From assembly GCA_965140415.1 (NCBI GenBank), contig OZ223209.1, forward strand, positions 2,496,001-2,560,000: a stretch of DNA of 64,000 bases, read 5' to 3'. The notes beneath the pieces were generated by a model that had not been told where the DNA came from, ran no database searches, and worked only from the letters and a program-made list of their open reading frames with translations. Made by a program: the position numbers and the translations under genes. The stretch is from Myxococcota bacterium. GTDB lineage: Bacteria; Myxococcota_A; SURF-8. This document shows, in pieces, positions 29,868 through 40,178 of this stretch. The number at the start of each line of letters is the position of its first letter. Positions within the stretch are counted from its first letter, which is position 1.

Positions 29868-31352
29868 CTATTGTTCTTTCCGCAACTGCGGAAAGAGAAT
29901 GACTTCGCGAATCGAAGCCGAATCTGTCAGCAGCATGGTCAAGCGGTCAATGCCGATGCCTTCTCCCGCTGCCGGTGGCATACCGAATTCAAGCGCACGC
30001 ACGTAATCGGAATCCATTGCGTGGGCTTCCTCGTCACCCGCCTCACGCTCCAGTAATTGCTGCTCGAAACGCTGTTTCTGATCGATCGGATCGTTCAACT
30101 CGGAAAAGGCGTTTCCGATTTCCTGACCGGCGACGATGATCTCAAAGCGGTCGGTCAGGCGCGGATCACTTTCCTTTTTGCGCGCCAGAGGCGAAACCTC
30201 GATGGGGAAGTCGATCAGGAAGGTGGGTTGTACGATCTTGTGTTCTCCCACTTTGTCGAAGATTTCCATCAGCAGTTTGCCATCGGCCATCTTATCCGCG
30301 TTTTCGATTTTCAATCGCGCGGCGACATTCAGCAGTCCTTCGCGGGTTTGCAGTTCTTCTTCCGAGATATCAGAATATTTGACGATGGCCTGTGCAGGCG
30401 TCAAGCGTTCCCAGGGAGGAGTGAAATCCAGTGTGTTTCCCTGATATTCAACTTTCATCGATCCGGTGACTTCCTTGGCGATCGAACTGACCAGATCTTC
30501 GGTAAGTGCGATCAAATCCTTGTAGGTGGCATAGGCCCAGTAGAATTCCACCATCGTGAATTCGGGGTTATGCTTGAACGAGATGCCCTCGTTGCGGAAG
30601 TTACGGTTGATTTCGTAGACTCGCTCCAGTCCGCCCACCAACAGGCGTTTAAGGTGCAATTCCGGGGCGATTCGCAGGAACAGGTCGGCATTCAAGGCGT
30701 TATGATGCGTTACGAAAGGCTTGGCCGCTGCGCCACCAGCGATTTGATGCAGCATCGGCGTTTCGACTTCGATAAAGTCCATGTTGTCCAGGTACGCGCG
30801 CAACAGCCGAATGATTTTGGATCTGCGCCGGAAGGTTTCCACCACATCCGGATTGACGATCAGATCCACGTAACGCTGACGGTAGCGGGTTTCCACGTCT
30901 GTCAAACCATGCCACTTTTCCGGTAGCGGTTGCAGGTTTTTGGTCAGCAAGCGGAAATCGGAAAGATTCAGCGTTAACTCATCCGTTTTCGTTTTGAACG
31001 GGACGCCGGTAACACCAATGATATCACCAACATCGATCATTTTGAAGATCGCGAAAATCTCGTCTCCGATGGCTTTCTTCTGAATAAACAGCTGTAAGCG
31101 ACCGCCGCGATCCTGTAGCACGATGAATGCGGCTTTTCCAAACGAACGCACGGCCATCACGCGTCCGGCGATGGTAAAGCTATCCTCTACGGATTCGAGT
31201 TCTTCTTTGGAGTTTGCCTCGTATTTATCACGAATCTGGCTGGTAACATGGGTAACGTTGAAATCGTTGGCGAAGGGATTGACTCCCATTTCGCGGAGCT
31301 GATCCAGCTTCTTTCTTCGTGCTTCGAGCAGGGCGCTTAATTCTTCCATCAT
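29868..31352 (-). CDS. lysS: Lysyl-tRNA synthetase (class II)
   Basis: RYRQRY, LRIAPEL, FRNEG, HNPEFT, GMPP..G.GIGIDR. Confidence 0.97.
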   Translation of the reverse strand: MMEELSALLEARRKKLDQLREMGVNPFANDFNVTHVTSQIRDKYEANSKEELESVEDSFTIAGRVMAVRSFGKAAFIVLQDRGGRLQLFIQKKAIGDEIFAIFKMIDVGDIIGVTGVPFKTKTDELTLNLSDFRLLTKNLQPLPEKWHGLTDVETRYRQRYVDLIVNPDVVETFRRRSKIIRLLRAYLDNMDFIEVETPMLHQIAGGAAAKPFVTHHNALNADLFLRIAPELHLKRLLVGGLERVYEINRNFRNEGISFKHNPEFTMVEFYWAYATYKDLIALTEDLVSSIAKEVTGSMKVEYQGNTLDFTPPWERLTPAQAIVKYSDISEEELQTREGLLNVAARLKIENADKMADGKLLMEIFDKVGEHKIVQPTFLIDFPIEVSPLARKKESDPRLTDRFEIIVAGQEIGNAFSELNDPIDQKQRFEQQLLEREAGDEEAHAMDSDYVRALEFGMPPAAGEGIGIDRLTMLLTDSASIREVILFPQLRKEQ

Positions 31353-31419
31353 GACCTCTGATTTCACGAATTCTCGATAGTGTTGGAGCTACGTAATCTC
31401 CGGTGCAAAATAAGTGGCT

Positions 31420-31449
31420 ATTCTTAGCCCAAATCCATAGCCACGTCAA
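31420..31449 (-). promoter_or_regulatory. Putative sigma70 promoter of the lysS-lol-bam-lpx operon
   Basis: TTGACG-N17-TAAGAAT on the minus strand. Confidence 0.3.
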
Positions 31450-31513
31450 GGTTTTGCGTAGATCGCAATGACTCGGTGGAGCACCTTGAATGCACTTGTT
31501 GCCGGTGTTTCTA

Positions 31514-33466
31514 TCAGCTATCCGGCGTGATCTTGAATTTGGACAGTTTCGCCATAAACGCCTGTCTGGAAATTCCTAGTGATTGAGAGGTCTTGGAGCG
31601 ATTCCAGCCATGTTCTTCCAGGGCTTGGCGAATGACCTTGATTTCATAGGCTTCCAACACTTCTTTAAGTGTCCGCCCGGCGATGCTGATTGCCGTCATT
31701 TCCTGTGTGCGACAGCGCTGGGAAATTTGCGGAGAAAAATGGTGAATCTCGATTTTTTCCTGATCTTCAGCCAACAGCAGCGCCCGTTGCACTTCATTCT
31801 TCAACTGGCGTACATTGCCAGGGAAGGGACAGCCTTTAAGTTGCTGCATACACTTCGCACTGAAATCGTTTCCGTATTTGCGCATTTCTTTTTGAAACAT
31901 CACCAGGAAGTGGCGGGCCAGTTGTTCGATATCTTCCGGTCGTTCGCGTAGGGGAGGCATCTGAATGGGGAAGGTGTTGATACGATAAAAGAGATCTTCC
32001 CGGAAGTTTCCTTCCTGAACCTCGCGCTCCAGGTCTTTATTCGTGGCGCAGACGACGCGCACGTTGACTTTACGCGCCTGTGTCGCTCCAACGGGCATGA
32101 CTTCGCCTTCCTGCAATGCGCGCAATAGCTTGACTTGCAGGTTATAGGGCGTTTCCCCGATCTCGTCTAAAAACAAGGTGCCGCCATCGGCGACCTCGAA
32201 GAGTCCTTTTTTGTTTTCGACCGCGCCGGTAAAGGCTCCCTTCATATGGCCGAACAATTCGCTTTCCAGTAGCGTGTCGGAGAACGTGCCGCAGTTGACC
32301 GCGGCGAAAATGCGATTCCGACGCTTGGAGTGGTTGTGGATGGAGCGTGCGACCAGTTCTTTGCCCGTACCCGTATCGCCAAGAATCATAACCGTCAATT
32401 CGGAAGGACCGACGGTTTCGATTTGACGCCGAACCGAAAGCATAGCTGCCGATTCGCCGATCAACCGGTATTCATCTTCTTCGCGATGCACGATGGATTT
32501 CAGATAGAGGTTTTCATTCTGTAGTTTTTCCTCGGCCTCGCGCACGATTTCGATCAGTTTCATGTTGACGATGCGCGCGCCAAGAATATAGGAAACCACC
32601 GAGGCGAAATCGAGATCGGCTTCCGTTAAAGCCGATGAATTGGTCGTGTTGCCGATTTCCAGATAACCGATAACCCGGTTCTGGTGAATCAGGGGAGACA
32701 GAATCATGGTGCGCAGCGGCAGTGCTTCCTTTCCGGAACTTCGGATTCCCTGCAATTGGTCTTGGTCGATCAGCAGGGCGCGGGCTTGCCGGTGGGCTTC
32801 GTCGAAAAGTTCATTCGAAACCTTCAGCGCGGCATTCACGTCTTTGCATTTACTGGTAAAATACACCTGTCGCCAGCCGCTTTCCTGAATGGTTTCCTCC
32901 CGGTGTTGGGCAACGTACTCGGCATTGGGAATATTGTTCAGTAAAAACAAGGCAGTTTGCTGGTAAATGTCCTGGGGCTTTTCCAGTTCGTGCACTTCTT
33001 TCTGAAAACGGAAGAGGGAGCGAACCAGGCTTTTATCATCCAGAATCTGCTGGGAAAGTAGGGAAAAATCGCTGATCGCTCTGGATGCCAGAATGGTTTT
33101 GCCGGATTCTTCTTTCGCTTCGCCTTCCGCTTCGCCCTCGAAAATCCGTAGCGAGATGCGGGCCGGTTCGGACACATCACCCAATAACAATGCATCGCCG
33201 TCCAGCAGTCGATGTTCCTTGAACTTGACGCCATCTACGACAAACCGTTCTCCGGCGCATTCGACCATGGAGCCGTTGGTGCTTTGCAGATCCTGATAAT
33301 AGAATGCGTTATCACGCAGGACGATCTGACCGTGCAGGCTTGATACGCGCGGGTCGTAGAGCACGAAGTCGTTGGACTCCGCTCGCCCGATCAAAATATG
33401 GTCCTTGGAAAAGGTGCGTTGGATTTTATCTTTTTCGGTATCGACGCTCATTTCGATGAGCCACAT
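31514..33466 (-). CDS. FHA-GAF-AAA+ sigma54-dependent enhancer-binding protein (Fis HTH)
   Basis: FHA motifs IGR, VSS.H, STNG; GAF-like middle; GDTGTGKE, ESELFGHMKGAFTGA, FLDEIGE, FREDLFYR, PGNVR; C-terminal HTH. Confidence 0.93.
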   Translation of the reverse strand: MWLIEMSVDTEKDKIQRTFSKDHILIGRAESNDFVLYDPRVSSLHGQIVLRDNAFYYQDLQSTNGSMVECAGERFVVDGVKFKEHRLLDGDALLLGDVSEPARISLRIFEGEAEGEAKEESGKTILASRAISDFSLLSQQILDDKSLVRSLFRFQKEVHELEKPQDIYQQTALFLLNNIPNAEYVAQHREETIQESGWRQVYFTSKCKDVNAALKVSNELFDEAHRQARALLIDQDQLQGIRSSGKEALPLRTMILSPLIHQNRVIGYLEIGNTTNSSALTEADLDFASVVSYILGARIVNMKLIEIVREAEEKLQNENLYLKSIVHREEDEYRLIGESAAMLSVRRQIETVGPSELTVMILGDTGTGKELVARSIHNHSKRRNRIFAAVNCGTFSDTLLESELFGHMKGAFTGAVENKKGLFEVADGGTLFLDEIGETPYNLQVKLLRALQEGEVMPVGATQARKVNVRVVCATNKDLEREVQEGNFREDLFYRINTFPIQMPPLRERPEDIEQLARHFLVMFQKEMRKYGNDFSAKCMQQLKGCPFPGNVRQLKNEVQRALLLAEDQEKIEIHHFSPQISQRCRTQEMTAISIAGRTLKEVLEAYEIKVIRQALEEHGWNRSKTSQSLGISRQAFMAKLSKFKITPDS

Positions 33467-33491
33467 GGTTTGCGTCCTTTCAAAAACGTGA

Positions 33492-34487
33492 TTACCAACT
33501 TCCCAGAAGCGAAAGTCCGATCGTAAAATACGAAGAGGAGCGGGCCGGATCGAACAGGATCATCCCACCGGTGCCGATCGTCGTTCCCAGCGCGAGTTCG
33601 GGCAGCGCTCGCCAGTACGCGCCGGGTTCCGCCTTCCATGCCAGCCCGACTTCATCCGCGACTCCCCCGCGACCGAAAATTCCCACTCCCAGGCCAATGG
33701 GAATGTGGAGCAGAAATCGATTCTTGACGAACAGGTAAGCGGGTTGAAGTTGCAAGTTGAGTGCGTTTAGGGCGTCATTACCGCCTTTGCCCTCGTGGCG
33801 TTGATAGCCCAATGCTGCGCCTAAATAAAAGCCGTTTGCCAGTTGATGCTCGAATGTGACATCCATCGCCAGACCGGCATGATAGGCATCGCGGTCTTCT
33901 TCGCCCAACAGGATTGCGGCTTTCAGTGAAAATCCGAACAGACGCTCGGGCCGGATCCATGGATCGGGTTCGGGGATCGGTTCGGGTAAGGGTTTTTCTT
34001 CCGGAATCGACTCCGGCTCCGGTATGGGGTCCGGTTGCTGAATGGGTTCCGGCTCTGGAGCGGGTTGTTGTGCCTTGACTTGCAGGAATACCTGATAAAT
34101 CTTGGGAGAAACTTTCGATTCGGAAAGATCGAAGCCGGGATTTAGCGCGAAAATGTCACGAAAGGCATCTTTGGCGGCTTCTGTCCGATCCAACGCGACC
34201 AGGGAATAGGCTCGGAAGCGGTGGATTTCAATCAACAGATCCGTATCGGCAGACGTCTTTTCTTCGATTTCCCGGGCCTGCTCCAGTTTTTCTAGCGTGC
34301 AGGCGAAGTTGATTTCGCCATAACACATCAACGCTTCCTGAAAGAGCATTTTGGCCTGCTCGGATTCGGCGTAGCAGGGCGGACCGATCCATCCGAACAA
34401 GAGCCACAATATCAGGCTGCACAGTCCCCAGTGTAGCGCCCGCGATGCTTTGGGAATTTCGAACTGTTGCACAGTCACCTGTGTCAA
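33492..34487 (-). CDS. Secreted TPR + Pro-rich linker + putative beta-barrel outer-membrane protein
   Basis: Signal-like helix, TPR-like helices ending VSPKI, PEPEP/PDPIPEPE linker, alternating beta-strands and terminal Trp; start uncertain. Confidence 0.65.
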   Translation of the reverse strand: MTQVTVQQFEIPKASRALHWGLCSLILWLLFGWIGPPCYAESEQAKMLFQEALMCYGEINFACTLEKLEQAREIEEKTSADTDLLIEIHRFRAYSLVALDRTEAAKDAFRDIFALNPGFDLSESKVSPKIYQVFLQVKAQQPAPEPEPIQQPDPIPEPESIPEEKPLPEPIPEPDPWIRPERLFGFSLKAAILLGEEDRDAYHAGLAMDVTFEHQLANGFYLGAALGYQRHEGKGGNDALNALNLQLQPAYLFVKNRFLLHIPIGLGVGIFGRGGVADEVGLAWKAEPGAYWRALPELALGTTIGTGGMILFDPARSSSYFTIGLSLLGSW

Positions 34488-34689
34488 GAAATTGTTACAC
34501 CCGAGTCTTCCATTCGCTACAAAATGACGAGTCCGAGGTGAATGGATTCAGGTTTTTCGTTTAGTAATTATCCGGTAATACTATTGAAACGGATTTCGTC
34601 AAGCATAGTTGCAAATGAGCGGCAACCGTTTCGTAATTGATTGAGGATGCTATCAGTTTCAGTAGATGTAGGCAAGAATAATTGTCAAT

Positions 34690-36837
34690 TCAGGGTTCGC
34701 GGAGTTGCAGTGTCAAACGATGGGTATTCGTTTCTCCTGAAAATCCATACTGTAGCCGATGGGTTCCGCTGTAGATTCGATGGCCTGAACTGGGAGTCGT
34801 GATGGCCTTGCCTCCATCGATGGAGAGAGTCGCCCAGGGTTGCGCGTCTACATTCAGTGTGGCCACAGCTTTTAAAAGTCCGCTGCCGTTTTTTTCCTGC
34901 TTAATGTGAATGCGCAACAGCAGGCGTTCTTTGCTGTTTGCACTGCCAATCGAAACCAGGTGAACCGTCTGTTCCGCGCGAGGAATGCGTAACCGGTTTC
35001 CGCCTTTGCGCCCGTTATGGCCGATGATGCTGTTTGGCGGTGCTTCAAAAAACAGCGTGCTGCTGAATGGAACGAGCTTGAACTCCACGTCGCCCTGCTG
35101 GCGAGCAGGGGTGATGCTGGTGCTTACACTGGTGTAACCGCTCAGGCTTGCCATAAGTTTTACCGGACGATTCGGTATCAGCGATTCGAGCAGATAAGGC
35201 GAGTGCCCCGGTTGCTTTTTGCCGTCCACATACAATTCCGCATTTTCCGGTTCCATTTTGACGGTAACGGCTTTGTAAATGGATTGCAGGCGGTAATGGA
35301 ACTCTTTGGAATCCTTTTGCGTTTCTTCGATGATGAATTCGGTTTGAATCGGGACGAAATCGTCTTTTTCGATTCGCAGACGCTGCTTGATTCCCAATGG
35401 CAGTTTGCCCAGTGCAAGCGGGGTTTGTCCCTTTACCTCTTCTTCGTTCAACCAGACGGAAGCTCCTGGGGGATCCGTGTTCAGTTTGCAAGCCTGCTGG
35501 CTACGCTGCAACGTGGGGGAAAGCTTCAGGACTTCATCGGCTTGTAGGCGAATTTCCTGCTGCCAGATTTGATGATACGCCAGTTGAAGCGCGAGGCGGT
35601 GAGGTTTCCCTGCCGTGATTTCAGGTAAAATCGCCGGAGTACGGTAGGGCGTGGGAACGTCATCCAGCAGCACCCGCGCACCCGGAGGGGTCGAATCGAT
35701 CTGCACGCTTGCCAATGGGATGTTGTTGAGCCAGAAGAAAAGAGCGATGCCCAACGAGGCAGCAAGAAGCAGCATGAAGACCCAGGAGGCTGCTCTTTTT
35801 CGTTTGACCACGGGTGCACTGCTTGAAATGACTGGTGGAGCCGTGGGTGTCGATTCGGCTTCGGGTTTGGGTTCCGAGATCGGTTTGGCGGATAGTATCG
35901 TGCGTTCCGGCGCGACCACTCGTTGCTGTAAGCGATCCGGGAAGAGTTCGGCCATCATTCGGTCAAGAGGTTGCGTCGCTGCCGGAAGTTTAGCCAGGAT
36001 GCCTTCGATTTCGTGCAGCATTTCCCGCGCGGTGGAGAATCGTTCCGCTTTTTCGGGATGGCAGGCACGGTGCAGCAGATCCGTCAATTCCGCAGGTGCC
36101 TGCTCGATAGGTGGATAATCGATGGCCCCGGCTACGATGCTGCGCAGTAGCGCTTCCGTTGGAAGTCCAAGTGGAAAGGCGCGTTTTCCGTAGAGCATTT
36201 CGTATAGCACCAGCCCCAGCGAATAAATGTCCGAGCGGCGGTCGTGGCTTTCGCCCCGCACCACTTCCGGTGGCATGTAACCGTATTTACCGACCAGTTG
36301 ATCGTTGTTGTTGCGCGCTCCTTCGTGCGCATCGGCCAATCCGAAATCCGTTACTTTGACTTCGCCTTCGAAGCTTAACAGAATATTGGACGGGCTGATA
36401 TCGCGGTGGGTAAGCTGGAGGTCTTGGCCTCCATCATCTTTGAGCCGGTGAGCGTAATCCAAGCCCCGGCAGATATCGGCGGCGATATGTAAGGCGATGG
36501 CGAGGGGAAGCTTTCGGTCTTGTTGTTGAAGACGATTGAGCAGCGAGCCCAAATCGACGCCGTCTACATATTCCATCGCCAGAAACAGCGATCCATTCAA
36601 GGTTCCGAAATCGTAGACGTGCACGATGTTCGCATGATTCAGTCGCGCGGCCAGTCTCGCTTCGGAAGAGAAGCGCGCCTCGAAGCCTTCGCGACAGGTA
36701 AGCGCGGGCAGGATGCGTTTGACTGCGACGGTTTTTTCGAAGCCGCCTTCGCGGGACAGACGGGCCTTGAAGACCTCTCCCATGCCGCCCGCTGCGATGC
36801 GCTCCAGCAGGTGATATTGACCGAAACGATCCGTCAT
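34690..36837 (-). CDS. Hanks-type Ser/Thr protein kinase with a TM helix and extracytoplasmic PEGA domains
   Basis: AGGMGEV, VAVK, HRDISPSN, DFG, GYMPPE, SDIYSLG; TM segment; S.P.GA.V.LD PEGA repeats. Confidence 0.95.
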   Translation of the reverse strand: MTDRFGQYHLLERIAAGGMGEVFKARLSREGGFEKTVAVKRILPALTCREGFEARFSSEARLAARLNHANIVHVYDFGTLNGSLFLAMEYVDGVDLGSLLNRLQQQDRKLPLAIALHIAADICRGLDYAHRLKDDGGQDLQLTHRDISPSNILLSFEGEVKVTDFGLADAHEGARNNNDQLVGKYGYMPPEVVRGESHDRRSDIYSLGLVLYEMLYGKRAFPLGLPTEALLRSIVAGAIDYPPIEQAPAELTDLLHRACHPEKAERFSTAREMLHEIEGILAKLPAATQPLDRMMAELFPDRLQQRVVAPERTILSAKPISEPKPEAESTPTAPPVISSSAPVVKRKRAASWVFMLLLAASLGIALFFWLNNIPLASVQIDSTPPGARVLLDDVPTPYRTPAILPEITAGKPHRLALQLAYHQIWQQEIRLQADEVLKLSPTLQRSQQACKLNTDPPGASVWLNEEEVKGQTPLALGKLPLGIKQRLRIEKDDFVPIQTEFIIEETQKDSKEFHYRLQSIYKAVTVKMEPENAELYVDGKKQPGHSPYLLESLIPNRPVKLMASLSGYTSVSTSITPARQQGDVEFKLVPFSSTLFFEAPPNSIIGHNGRKGGNRLRIPRAEQTVHLVSIGSANSKERLLLRIHIKQEKNGSGLLKAVATLNVDAQPWATLSIDGGKAITTPSSGHRIYSGTHRLQYGFSGETNTHRLTLQLREP

Positions 36838-36856
36838 CGACCGATATCCTTACCCG

Positions 36857-39853
36857 TTAGGCGTTTCGTCGCCGTGCGACAAGCAAGAGGGCAAGCGCCA
36901 ACAGCAGTAAACTTGCAGATCCGCTTGATGTAGTGCGGCAGCCGTCTGAATCATCGGAGGAGACCGAATCCAAGTCGGCATCGCCCGGAGTCATATCCTG
37001 GTCTCCTGGCTGTATGCTGTCGTCTTCATCGCCGTCAATGGTGGCTTCCGAATCGAATTCGACCGCTTCCGCATCGCCGTCGATAAGAGCGTCTGACTCA
37101 GCGTCGAGATCACCATCTATGTCCCCATCGGTTGTAGAATCGGCAAACCAGGCGGATAGCGTACCGGAATAGAGTACGTCCTTTCCTGCTGCATCGGGAA
37201 GCAGCATGAGGTACCATTGTCCTTCAACAGGTACGTCGAAGCTCGCTTGTAGACCATGCACGATCTCGGTTGCAATGCGCTGCCCGCCTGTTGCATAGGC
37301 GTTCAGTTGCTCCTCGTTCAATAATACCAGTACGCCATCGGGAGTATTGCTCGGTTGGTAGGTCGTGTCTCCCGTGTAGCTGTTACGGCCCTTCAATACG
37401 GCGTATTCGCCCTGTACGATGAAATCCACCCGGTGGTGACCGTCCGAGTCCAACTCGTCTTTTGCACTCTGTACCTGCCAGTAATCGTTCATGCTTCCCG
37501 ATAAAGACTGCGACCAGGTAAAGCTTTCACCTGCATCCGTTGCCGTATCCGTCAAAATTTGGGTGGCACCGTCTTCCGGGTAATTTCCCAGCACGCTTTC
37601 CACACGAATGTAATAGTTCTGGTGTTCTCCCACTTCAAATGTGATTTCTCCGTTGTCATCGGTCGGTCCCCAGATGCAGGCGGTCAGATCCGAACTGTAA
37701 TAGGTTTCGCTGGAAAGCTGCACGTGCGCGCCGTCCACCGGGCGGTCATCGGCATCGGTGATGCGCACCGTGATTGTGATGGAGTCGGAGTAATCGCCGA
37801 TCACCGAACGTACCGTGCCATCGGGTTCTATTGACAGAATGCAGGAGCAGTCTTTCCCGCCACCCTGTTGCTTGTCGTAACTGACGCCCGGATTGGCGAT
37901 GCGCGTATGCAGATCGCTCCAGTCCACCTGGAAAGGGAACCAGCGGTCGTCCAGGTATACCTGGTTCCATACGTGATCTTCCGGGTGATCCGTAACAAGC
38001 AGGGTGGGGATCAGGCTGGCGCGTGCCGCCGCGCCGATGGTGTCCTGGATTTCTCCGCAATTGCCGAAGTGGTTGTAAGCGGTGCGCACCGGCTGAACGG
38101 CCCGATCCGCCGTGGGATGCATCGAGAAATATTCGCTGACATTGTAATTCAGCAGATCGCCTACGAAAAAGCCGATTTTGTCCAGCGCGAAGGTCTCCGG
38201 GTCAAGCTTGCGCTCGCCACCGATGCCATCGTGGCGTTGCCCGTCCCATGCGAGGTTTGTAGCGGTCATTACTTCCGTCAGTTTGTAGAATCCGCCTTCT
38301 TCCAACGTGTCACGAGTAGTCGTTCCCAGCGTTTGGCGAGTGAAGCCGCCAGGCATGACCAGACCGTCCCAGAGGTCTACGTCGTTTTCTACTGCACCAT
38401 GGAGTTGCAAAACGCCTCCCCGGTCGATGTAGCCTTCCAGATCGGACTTGCGATCCGCCAGAACCTGATACAACGCCAGCGGCTGATCGGAAGGGACGAT
38501 CACTTTGCGGTAGACGTCCAGCGCGTTCGCGTTTAACGCGGCGAATGCGGAGGAATCCATGACCGTGTAAGTCATTTCCATTTCGGTCAAGGTGTCGGTG
38601 ACGGTTGCCGAACCGAAGGGGTCGCGGTCTTTTACGACCAGCGTATGCTTGAAGCGGTTCAATTGCGCGTGACCGTTTAGAAATCCGAGCATGTTTTTCA
38701 ACAGGTTCTTGTCCGCCAGCTTTTCCACAGCGATCAAGCTTGCCAGCACCGATCCGTCCGGGCCTTGATCGTCATTGCCATACGAACTGTTGCCGAAGGT
38801 GAATTCAACCATTACGGGCAATCCATCGCTGCTGCGGCGAACCAATATTCTTGGACCGATGGCAAAATCGGCAAAGACGGCGTCCCGCTCCGTTTGTAGA
38901 GTAGGGAATTGATCGCCATGAAGATTGTTTGGCAGCGTGAAGACATCGTGGGCGGAATATGCAATCGGCGGTTCTTCCGCATCGAGGTAGTAGGGACGCC
39001 AGAAAATGCCGTCGGGTGCGCTTGCTGGATCGCCGGTCGTCGGATCGATTCGCTGCACCCGCTCGAAATCCATTTTCATATTGACCACCGCCCGGTAGTA
39101 CATCTCTTCCGGCAGTTGCCATTGAACGGTTTCGTCATCGCGCGTGATCCAATACGTCAAGGTCGTCTTTCCGCCATCCAACTCCACAATATCCACGTAA
39201 TTCAACAGCGTGGCGCGTTCGTAGATCAACTGCGCGTTTTCAGCAATCAGTTCCGGTTCCGAGGATAAATAGACCAGATCCCGCACGGTCATGTGCGATA
39301 GCACCCAGGCGATTTCGTCGTCCAGTAGTGGATCGGTGTTGGAAACGAGCAGATTGCTAAGCGCCCAGTTCTGGCTGCTGCTCATCGAACTCATCCGGGC
39401 CAGAAATGCAGCTTGCCAGTTTTCGTCAATGTTTCCGATGCGTTGCGATGCCGCATCAAGGGTGTCATGCAACGCGATTTCGCTTTTCGCAAAGCTGTGC
39501 TCGTCGACAACAAGCTCCTGATTCTCGACATCGATCTTGTAAATGGCCGGTCGATATAAATTCGTTCGTACTTTGATGTCCAGTTGCGCGTCGCTGGGAT
39601 CATTTACGGGCACCGGTTTGATTACTTGGTCTTTAATTTGTTTTTTATGCTCGGCAAGTGGCAGCAGCGTATCTTTTACTGCCGCAGAAAAAGGAATGCT
39701 TTCGCTGTGTGCAATCAACGGAACTGCCAGACCGGTTTGAGGGGAAATACTCCACGTTGAGCTTGGATCGGCAAGCGCGCTTGAGGAAACAAGAAAAGCA
39801 CCGAGCAGCATCACACATGCCAAATGCAACTCACCAGCGAACATCTTCTTCAT
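36857..39853 (-). CDS. Large secreted transglutaminase-like protein with a MYXO-CTERM-like sorting tail
   Basis: Signal peptide; GNCGE / DHVWNQV / VDW Cys-His-Asp arrangement; DGD-rich linker; DGC..hydrophobic helix..RRR terminus. Confidence 0.75.
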   Translation of the reverse strand: MKKMFAGELHLACVMLLGAFLVSSSALADPSSTWSISPQTGLAVPLIAHSESIPFSAAVKDTLLPLAEHKKQIKDQVIKPVPVNDPSDAQLDIKVRTNLYRPAIYKIDVENQELVVDEHSFAKSEIALHDTLDAASQRIGNIDENWQAAFLARMSSMSSSQNWALSNLLVSNTDPLLDDEIAWVLSHMTVRDLVYLSSEPELIAENAQLIYERATLLNYVDIVELDGGKTTLTYWITRDDETVQWQLPEEMYYRAVVNMKMDFERVQRIDPTTGDPASAPDGIFWRPYYLDAEEPPIAYSAHDVFTLPNNLHGDQFPTLQTERDAVFADFAIGPRILVRRSSDGLPVMVEFTFGNSSYGNDDQGPDGSVLASLIAVEKLADKNLLKNMLGFLNGHAQLNRFKHTLVVKDRDPFGSATVTDTLTEMEMTYTVMDSSAFAALNANALDVYRKVIVPSDQPLALYQVLADRKSDLEGYIDRGGVLQLHGAVENDVDLWDGLVMPGGFTRQTLGTTTRDTLEEGGFYKLTEVMTATNLAWDGQRHDGIGGERKLDPETFALDKIGFFVGDLLNYNVSEYFSMHPTADRAVQPVRTAYNHFGNCGEIQDTIGAAARASLIPTLLVTDHPEDHVWNQVYLDDRWFPFQVDWSDLHTRIANPGVSYDKQQGGGKDCSCILSIEPDGTVRSVIGDYSDSITITVRITDADDRPVDGAHVQLSSETYYSSDLTACIWGPTDDNGEITFEVGEHQNYYIRVESVLGNYPEDGATQILTDTATDAGESFTWSQSLSGSMNDYWQVQSAKDELDSDGHHRVDFIVQGEYAVLKGRNSYTGDTTYQPSNTPDGVLVLLNEEQLNAYATGGQRIATEIVHGLQASFDVPVEGQWYLMLLPDAAGKDVLYSGTLSAWFADSTTDGDIDGDLDAESDALIDGDAEAVEFDSEATIDGDEDDSIQPGDQDMTPGDADLDSVSSDDSDGCRTTSSGSASLLLLALALLLVARRRNA

Positions 39854-40178
39854 GGTTCGTACCCCCAGGTATACGTCGAACTTATTTGATTCTAGACCCT
39901 CTATTACTCATTTCTGTCCATCTGGCAATCGGGATGTGCCATGGTCTCACGGAATGGAAATTCCGGGAGGCCGTGTTTAACTTACTGAAGACACACAGCC
40001 TTCCACGATCTTCGATCGCGTAAGACTATGGCACAAAATCTTCGAATCCGTGACTAAAATGATTAAGAGTTACTATATATCGAAAACCGGGCACAGCTTA
40101 CCACAGACCCGCAACAATGCGCAACGCGCGGAATCGCCGTTTCATGCTTTTCTTCGTTTTCTATCTGGTTGAAATCGT

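Noticed and set aside
33960-34075. Repetitive DNA encoding PEPEP/PDPIPEPE
   Set aside because: It is an ordinary Pro-rich protein linker, not an independent repeat element.
39923-39941. TGGCAC...TTGC on the minus strand upstream of the transglutaminase-like gene as a sigma54 promoter
   Set aside because: GG-to-GC spacing is 12 nt rather than the required 10. Only a short TGGCA-N9-TGCCA inverted repeat remains, too weak to call.
40029-40044. TGGCAC half-sites here and at about 62010 as sigma54 promoters
   Set aside because: There is no GC at the -12 position.
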